A DNA stretch of 4,089 nucleotides from a virus (taxonomy: Duplodnaviria > Heunggongvirae > Uroviricota > Caudoviricetes), in IMG/VR virus record IMGVR_UViG_2660238446_000006. One strand, written 5' to 3'. Of this stretch, positions 1 through 4,089 are shown piece by piece. Numbering within the stretch: position 1 is the stretch's first letter; each line of letters starts with the position of its first letter. Under the pieces are notes generated by a model. The model had not been told where the DNA came from. It did not search any database and worked only from the letters and a program-made list of their open reading frames with translations. The position numbers and the translations under genes were made by a program.

Positions 1-386
1 GGCGTAAGGTTTACGCCCGTTTTCTGGATGCGGTGAACTTCGTCAACGGAAACAGCGACGCCGATCCGGAACAGGAGGTGATCAGCCGCTGGCGCATCGA
101 GCAGTGCAGCGAACTGAGCGCGGTCAGTGCCTCTTTTGTGCTGGCCACACCAACGGAGACGGATGGCGCGGTTTTCCCGGGGCGTATCATGCTGGCGAAT
201 ACCTGTATGTGGACTTACCGTTCTGATGAGTGTGGTTACACGGGCAGGGCAGTGGCTGACGAGTTCGACAAACCAACGACGGATATCCGGAAGGACAAAT
301 GCAGCAAGTGTATGCGCGGGTGTGAGTTGCGCAACAATACCGGTAATTTCGGCGGTTTCCTTTCCATCAATAAACTTTCTCAGTAA
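1..386 (+). CDS. L: Tail tip protein L, C-terminal part (copy A, 5' end cut by the window edge)
   Basis: Frame starting at nt 3 is open from the window edge to TAA at 384-386. Translation ...RKVYARFLDAVNFVNGNSDADPEQEVISRWRIEQCSEL...ANTCMWTYRSDECGY...DKCSKCMRGCELRNNTGNFGGFLSINKLSQ* has a C-terminal Cys cluster and an ending like lambda gpL. The track ORF 33..386 is the same frame from an internal GTG. Confidence 0.85.
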   Translation, partial: RKVYARFLDAVNFVNGNSDADPEQEVISRWRIEQCSELSAVSASFVLATPTETDGAVFPGRIMLANTCMWTYRSDECGYTGRAVADEFDKPTTDIRKDKCSKCMRGCELRNNTGNFGGFLSINKLSQ

Positions 387-390
387 ATCC

Positions 391-775
391 ATGACACAGA
401 CAGAATCAGCGATTCTGGCGCACGCCCGGCGATGTGCGCCAGCGGAGTCGTGTGGCTTCGTGGTAAGAACGCCGGAGGGAGACAGGTATCTTCCCAGCGA
501 GAATATCTCCGGTGAGCCGGAGGAACGGTTCCGGATGGCTCCGGAGGACTGGCTGCGGGCACAAATGCAGGGTGAGATTGTGGCGCTGGTCCACAGTCAT
601 CCCGGTGGTCTGCCCTGGCTGAGTGAGGCTGACCGGCGGCTGCAGGTGCAGAGTGATTTGCCGTGGTGGCTGGTCTGCCGGGGGGCGATTCACAAGTTCC
701 GCTGTGTGCCGCATCTCACCGGGCGGCGCTTTGAGCACGGGGTGACGGACTGTTACACGCTGTTCCGGGATGCTT
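391..775 (+). CDS. K: Tail tip assembly protein K, N-terminal part (copy A, cut at the n junction at 776)
   Basis: ATG at 391 lies 4 nt after the L stop. Translation MTQTESAILAHARRCAPAESCGFVVRTPEGDRYLPSENISGEPEERFRMAPEDWLRAQMQGEIVALVHSHPGGLPWLSEADRR...GVTDCYTLFRDA contains a JAMM/MPN motif (HSHPGGLPWLSEAD fits H-x-H-x7-S-x2-D) and the start of an NlpC/P60 domain. The ORF then runs into L-derived sequence after the n. Confidence 0.85.
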
Positions 776-776
776 N
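776..776. other. Single ambiguous base marking a chimeric junction (K mid-gene joined to L mid-gene)
   Basis: Sequence up to 775 matches K (compare 1563-1578 in copy B). Sequence from 777 is L coding sequence, and 804 onward matches window positions 1 onward. Confidence 0.9.
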
Positions 777-1189
777 AGAGTCTGGTCGGCGGAACGGTGG
801 TCCGGCGTAAGGTTTACGCCCGTTTTCTGGATGCGGTGAACTTCGTCAACGGAAACAGTGACGCCGATCCGGAGCAGGAGGTGATCAGCCGCTGGCGCAT
901 CGAGCAGTGCAGCGAACTGAGCGCGGTGAGTGCCTCTTTTGTACTGTCCACGCCGACGGAAACGGACGGTGCCGTTTTTCCGGGACGTATCATGCTGGCC
1001 AACACCTGCACCTGGACCTATCGCGGTGACGAGTGCGGTTATCACGGTCCGGCGGTCGCGGATGAATATGATCAGCCGACGTCCGATATCACGAAGGATA
1101 AATGCAGCAAATGCCTGAGTGGCTGTAAGTTTCGCAATAACGTCGGCAACTTTGGCGGCTTCCTTTCCATTAACAAACTTTCGCAGTAA
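777..1189 (+). CDS. L: Tail tip protein L, C-terminal part (copy B, 5' end cut at the junction)
   Basis: In-frame codons from 779 to TAA at 1187-1189. Translation SLVGGTVVRRKVYARFLDAVNFVNGNSDADPEQ...ANTCTWTYRGDECGYHGPAVADEYDQPTSDITKDKCSKCLSGCKFRNNVGNFGGFLSINKLSQ*. It differs from copy A at about 15 of 117 aligned residues, so it is a different allele. Confidence 0.85.
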
Positions 1190-1194
1190 ATCCC

Positions 1195-1938
1195 ATGACA
1201 CAGACAGAATCAGCGATTCTGGCGCACGCCCGGCGATGTGCGCCAGCGGAGTCGTGCGGCTTCGTGGTGAGAGCGCCGGAGGGGGAAAGCTATTTTCCCT
1301 GCGTGAATATCTCCGGTGAGCCGGAGGCGTATTTCCGGATGGCTCCGGAGGACTGGCTGCAGGCAGAGATGCAGGGAGAGATTGTGGCGCTGGTCCACAG
1401 CCACCCCGGTGGTCTGCCCTGGCTGAGTGAGGCCGACCGGCGGCTGCAGGTGCAGAGTGATTTGCCGTGGTGGCTGGTCTGCCGGGGGGCGATTCACAAG
1501 TTCCGCTGTGTGCCACATCTTACCGGGCGGCGCTTTGAGCACGGGGTGACGGACTGTTACACGCTGTTCCGGGATGCTTATCATCTGGCAGGGATTGAGA
1601 TGCCGGATTTTCATCGCGGGGATGACTGGTGGCGTCACGGCCAGAATCTCTATCTTGACAATATGGAGGCAACGGGTTTTTACCGTGTCCCACTGACAGA
1701 GGCGCAGCCTGGCGACGTGCTGCTGTGCTGTTTTGGTTCATCGGTGCCGAATCATGCCGCCATTTACTGCGGTGACGGCGGGCTGCTGCACCATATTCCT
1801 GAACAACTGAGTAAACGAGAGAGGTACACCGACAAATGGCAGCGACGCACACACTCCCTCTGGCGTCACCGGGCATGGCACGCATCTGCCTTTACGGGGA
1901 TTTGCAACGATTTGGTCGCCGTATCGACCTTCGTGTGA
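1195..1938 (+). CDS. K: Tail tip assembly protein K, complete (copy B): N-terminal JAMM/MPN domain plus C-terminal NlpC/P60-type cysteine peptidase domain
   Basis: ATG at 1195 lies 5 nt after the L stop; stop TGA at 1936-1938; 247 aa. JAMM motif HSHPGGLPWLSEAD at codons 68-81 (nt 1396-1437). Candidate NlpC/P60 catalytic Cys in GVTDCYTLF (codon 121) and His in VPNHAAIYCG (codon 187). Confidence 0.9.
   Translation: MTQTESAILAHARRCAPAESCGFVVRAPEGESYFPCVNISGEPEAYFRMAPEDWLQAEMQGEIVALVHSHPGGLPWLSEADRRLQVQSDLPWWLVCRGAIHKFRCVPHLTGRRFEHGVTDCYTLFRDAYHLAGIEMPDFHRGDDWWRHGQNLYLDNMEATGFYRVPLTEAQPGDVLLCCFGSSVPNHAAIYCGDGGLLHHIPEQLSKRERYTDKWQRRTHSLWRHRAWHASAFTGICNDLVAVSTFV
1817..1824 (+). promoter_or_regulatory. 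Putative Shine-Dalgarno (GAGAGAGG) for gene I, embedded in the 3' end of K
   Basis: Purine-rich GAGAGAGG ends 11 nt upstream of the I start ATG at 1836. The same motif sits upstream of the I starts at 2749 and 3599. Spacing is somewhat long, so the call is tentative. Confidence 0.4.
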
Positions 1939-2291
1939 AAACGGGGGCTGAAGCCATCCGGGCACTGGCCACACAGCTCCCGGTGTTTCGTCAGAAACTG
2001 AATGAGGGCTGGTATCAGGTGCGCATTGCCGGGCGTGATGCAGGCGAAAATGAATTATCTGCCCGTCTTAATGAGCCGCTGGCAAATGGTGCCGTGATCC
2101 ACATCGTGCCGCGTCTGGCGGGAGCTAAAAGTGGCGGTGTGTTTCAGGTGGTGCTTGGGGCGGCGCTGATTGCGGTGGCATGGTGGAACCCTGTGGGCTG
2201 GCTGGGGGCCGCGGCTGTATCGGGCATGTATGCGGCAGGGGCCAGTATGATCCTGGGCGGAGTGGCGCAGATGCTGGCACCGAAAGCCAGG
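1836..2291 (+). CDS. I: Tail tip assembly protein I, N-terminal 152 codons (copy B, 3' end cut by the N-gap)
   Basis: ATG at 1836 is in a different frame from K and overlaps the K 3' end by 103 nt. Translation MAATHTLPLASPGMARICLYGDLQRFGRRIDLRVKTGAEAIRALATQLPVFRQKLNEGWYQVRIAGRD...GGVAQMLAPKAR matches my recollection of lambda gpI. It is interrupted by Ns at 2292. Confidence 0.85.
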
Positions 2292-2312
2292 NNNNNNNNN
2301 NNNNNNNNNNNN
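2292..2312. other. Run of 21 N: assembly gap or junction joining I mid-gene to K mid-gene
   Basis: 21 consecutive n. Upstream is I codon 152; downstream resumes inside the K JAMM motif (..HPGGLPWLSEAD). Confidence 0.95.
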
Positions 2313-2851
2313 GTCATCCCGGTGGTCTGCCCTGGCTGAGTGAGGCTGACCGGCGGCTGCAGGTGCAGAGTGATTTGCCGTGGTGGCTGGTCTGCCGGGG
2401 GGCGATTCACAAGTTCCGCTGTGTGCCGCATCTCACCGGGCGGCGCTTTGAGCACGGGGTGACGGACTGTTACACGCTGTTCCGGGATGCTTATCATCTG
2501 GCAGGGATTGAGATGCCGGATTTTCATCGCGGGGATGACTGGTGGCGTAACGGTCAGAATCTCTATCTTGACAATATGGAGGTGACGGGTTTTTACCGTG
2601 TCGCACTGACAGAGGCACAGCCGGGCGATGTGCTGCTGTGCTGTTTTGGTTCATCGGTGCCGAATCATGCCGCCATTTACTGTGGCGACGGCGAGCTGCT
2701 GCACCATATTCCTGAACAACTGAGTAAACGAGAGAGGTACACCGACAAATGGCAGCGACGCACACACTCCCTCTGGCGTCACCGGGCATGGCACGCATCT
2801 GCCTTTACGGGGATTTGCAACGATTTGGTCGCCGTATCGACCTTCGTGTGA
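2313..2851 (+). CDS. K: Tail tip assembly protein K, C-terminal part (copy C, 5' end cut by the gap)
   Basis: In-frame codons from 2315 to TGA at 2849-2851. Translation HPGGLPWLSEADRRLQVQSDLPWWLVCRGAIHKFRCVPHLTGRRFEHGVTDCYTLF...GDGELLHHIPEQLSKRERYTDKWQRRTHSLWRHRAWHASAFTGICNDLVAVSTFV*. A few substitutions relative to copy B. Confidence 0.85.
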
Positions 2852-3186
2852 AAACGGGGGCTGAAGCCATCCGGGCACTGGCCACACAGCTCCCGGTGTT
2901 TCGTCAGAAACTGAATGAGGGCTGGTATCAGGTGCGCATTGCCGGGCGTGATGCAGGTGAAACCGAATTGTCTGCCCGTCTTAATGAGCCGCTGGCAAAT
3001 GGTGCCGTGATCCACATCGTGCCGCGTCTGGCGGGAGCTAAAAGTGGCGGTGTGTTTCAGGTGGTGCTTGGGGCGGCGCTGATTGCGGTGGCATGGTGGA
3101 ACCCTGTGGGCTGGCTGGGGGCCGCGGCTGTATCGGGCATGTATGCGGCAGGGGCCAGTATGATCCTGGGCGGAGTGGCGCAGATG
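2749..3186 (+). CDS. I: Tail tip assembly protein I, N-terminal 146 codons (copy C, 3' end cut by the N-gap)
   Basis: ATG at 2749 with the same 103-nt out-of-frame overlap with K. Translation MAATHTLPLASPGMARICLYGD...GASMILGGVAQM, then Ns. Confidence 0.85.
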
Positions 3187-3207
3187 NNNNNNNNNNNNNN
3201 NNNNNNN
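3187..3207. other. Run of 21 N: assembly gap or junction joining I mid-gene to K mid-gene
   Basis: 21 consecutive n. Upstream is I codon 146; downstream resumes in K at ..LQVQSDLPWW. Confidence 0.95.
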
Positions 3208-3701
3208 TGCAGGTGCAGAGTGATTTGCCGTGGTGGCTGGTCTGCCGGGGGGCGATTCACAAGTTCCGCTGTGTGCCGCATCTCACCGGGCGGCGCTTTG
3301 AGCACGGGGTGACGGACTGTTACACGCTGTTCCGGGATGCTTATCATCTGGCAGGGATTGAGATGCCGGATTTTCATCGCGGGGATGACTGGTGGCGTAA
3401 CGGTCAGAATCTCTATCTTGACAATATGGAGGTGACGGGTTTTTACCGTGTCGCACTGACAGAGGCACAGCCGGGCGATGTGCTGCTGTGCTGTTTTGGT
3501 TCATCGGTGCCGAATCATGCCGCCATTTACTGCGGTGACGGCGGGCTGCTGCACCATATTCCTGAACAACTGAGCAAACGAGAGAGGTACACCGACAAAT
3601 GGCAGCGACGCACACACTCCCTCTGGCGTCACCGGGCATGGCGCGCATCTGCCTTTACGGGGATTTACAACGATTTGGTCGCCGCATCGACCTTCGTGTG
3701 A
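3208..3701 (+). CDS. K: Tail tip assembly protein K, C-terminal part (copy D, 5' end cut by the gap)
   Basis: In-frame codons from 3210 to TGA at 3699-3701. Translation QVQSDLPWWLVCRGAIHKFRCVPHLTGRRFEHGVTDCYTLF...VPNHAAIYCGDGGLLHH...RAWRASAFTGIYNDLVAASTFV*. Allele distinct from copies B and C. Confidence 0.85.
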
Positions 3702-4089
3702 AAACGGGGGCTGAAGCCATCCGGGCACTGGCCACACAGCTCCCGGCGTTTCGTCAGAAACTGAGTGACGGCTGGTATCAGGTGCGCATTGCCGGGCGTG
3801 ATGCAGGTGAAACCGAATTGTCTGCCCGTCTTAATGAGCCGCTGGCAAATGGTGCAGTGATCCACATAGTACCGCGTCTGGTGGGAGCTAAAAGTGGCGG
3901 TGTGTTTCAGGCGGTGCTGGGGGCGGCTGTTATGGCGGTTGCTATATGGATGCCGGGGGTAGGAATTATGGCGAGTAATCTGCTGTTTTCTCTCGGTGCC
4001 AGTATGACGCTTGGCGGTGTTGCACAGATGCTGGCACCGAAAGCCAGAACTCCCCGCACACAGACAACGGATAACGGTAAGCAGAACAC
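3599..4089 (+). CDS. I: Tail tip assembly protein I (copy D), 3' end runs off the window
   Basis: ATG at 3599, open to the window end (163 codons, no stop). Translation MAATHTLPLASPGMARICLYGDLQRFGRRIDLRVKTGAEAIRALATQLPAFRQKLSDGWYQVRIAGRDAGETELSARLNEPLANGAVIHIVPRLVGAKSGGVFQAVLGAAVMAVAIWMPGVGIMASNLLFSLGASMTLGGVAQMLAPKARTPRTQTTDNGKQN.. Absent from the ORF track because no stop codon falls inside the window. Confidence 0.85.
   Translation, partial: MAATHTLPLASPGMARICLYGDLQRFGRRIDLRVKTGAEAIRALATQLPAFRQKLSDGWYQVRIAGRDAGETELSARLNEPLANGAVIHIVPRLVGAKSGGVFQAVLGAAVMAVAIWMPGVGIMASNLLFSLGASMTLGGVAQMLAPKARTPRTQTTDNGKQN

Larger units (their letters stand above)
1..775 (+). repeat. Diverged long repeat: copy A of the L 3' end plus K 5' part, homologous to 804-1578
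   Basis: Direct alignment by eye: 1-60 against 804-863 differ at about 2 of 60 nt, and 121-180 against 924-983 at about 11 of 60. There is a 1-nt indel in the L-K spacer (ATCC versus ATCCC). I estimate overall identity at roughly 85-95 percent. Confidence 0.85.
1413..2291 (+). repeat. Near-identical long repeat family (K 3' part plus I 5' part), also at 2313-3186 and 3208-4089
   Basis: The three copies align with only scattered point differences until about 3900, where copy D diverges strongly. Confidence 0.85.
1..4089 (+). mobile_element. Lambdoid prophage tail-tip assembly module, present as four fragmentary copies (L-K-I region)
   Basis: All plus-strand ORFs translate to proteins I recognise as lambda gpL C-terminus, gpK and gpI, in the lambda gene order L-K-I with the lambda-like K/I overlap. 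Recognition is from memory, not a search. Confidence 0.85.

Noticed and set aside
127-810. Plus-strand ORF of 227 aa that looks like a single long gene
   Set aside because: It is an artificial fusion: an out-of-frame stretch overlapping the L 3' end, then the genuine K frame from ATG 391, then read-through across the n junction at 776 into L-derived sequence. The real K start is at 391.
930-1319. Small plus-strand ORFs 930..1118 (62 aa) and 1119..1319 (66 aa)
   Set aside because: They are alternate-frame ORFs nested within L and K, with no homology signal and Arg/Pro-rich composition.
716-1516. Long minus-strand ORF (266 aa) and the other minus-strand ORFs in the track (380..562, 406..738, 814..1011, 1210..1638, 1520..1885, 1738..1974, 2144..2527, 2433..2798, 2651..2887, 2779..3015, 3057..3377, 3283..3648, 3501..3737, 3665..3865, 3907..4089)
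   Set aside because: All lie antisense to well-supported L, K and I coding sequence. Their translations are Pro/Ala/Arg-rich low-complexity strings typical of shadow ORFs in GC-rich genes. They recur only because the sense genes are repeated, and several span N-gaps or the chimeric junction.
1792-1938. Possible programmed ribosomal frameshift linking K and I
   Set aside because: I has its own in-frame ATG with an upstream purine-rich element, and I see no slippery heptamer. The known lambda tail frameshift is in G-T, not K-I. Overlapping independent initiation is the simpler reading.
1836-3312. Track ORFs 1836..2339 and 2749..3312 (I extended across the N runs) and 2180..2851 and 3093..3701 (K extended upstream across the N runs)
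   Set aside because: The extensions beyond the gaps are read-through across undetermined bases into unrelated frames. The true features stop or start at the gap edges.
1-4089. Tandem repetition as a CRISPR-like array or a novel repeat-encoded system
   Set aside because: Repeat units are about 800-900 bp of protein-coding sequence, not short direct repeats with spacers. Repeat boundaries coincide with Ns and truncate genes, which points to assembly rather than biology.
1-4089. A novel defence or toxin system hidden in the prophage region
   Set aside because: Every base outside the N runs is accounted for by L, K or I coding sequence with recognisable phage tail-assembly products. There is no intergenic space or unexplained ORF left for an accessory cargo gene.

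Overview
This window is lambdoid (phage lambda-like) prophage tail-tip assembly genes, not a novel system. It holds four partial, allelically diverged copies of the L-K-I gene block, all on the + strand, joined at N-marked junctions: a single n at 776 and two 21-N runs at 2292-2312 and 3187-3207. Fragment 1 (1-775) carries the L 3' end and K 5' part; fragment 2 (777-2291) carries the L 3' part, a complete K and the I 5' part; fragment 3 (2313-3186) and fragment 4 (3208-4089) each carry the K 3' part and an I 5' part. Every junction cuts a gene mid-ORF, so the apparent tandem array is most simply an assembly or scaffolding artefact from several near-identical prophages in one Enterobacteriaceae genome, although a genuine tandem amplification cannot be excluded from sequence alone. 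Gene identities come from my recollection of lambda gpL, gpK and gpI and from motifs read directly in the translations; no database search was run. All minus-strand ORFs in the track look like antisense shadow ORFs. I see no tRNA, rRNA, CRISPR array, or IS/transposase or integrase gene.
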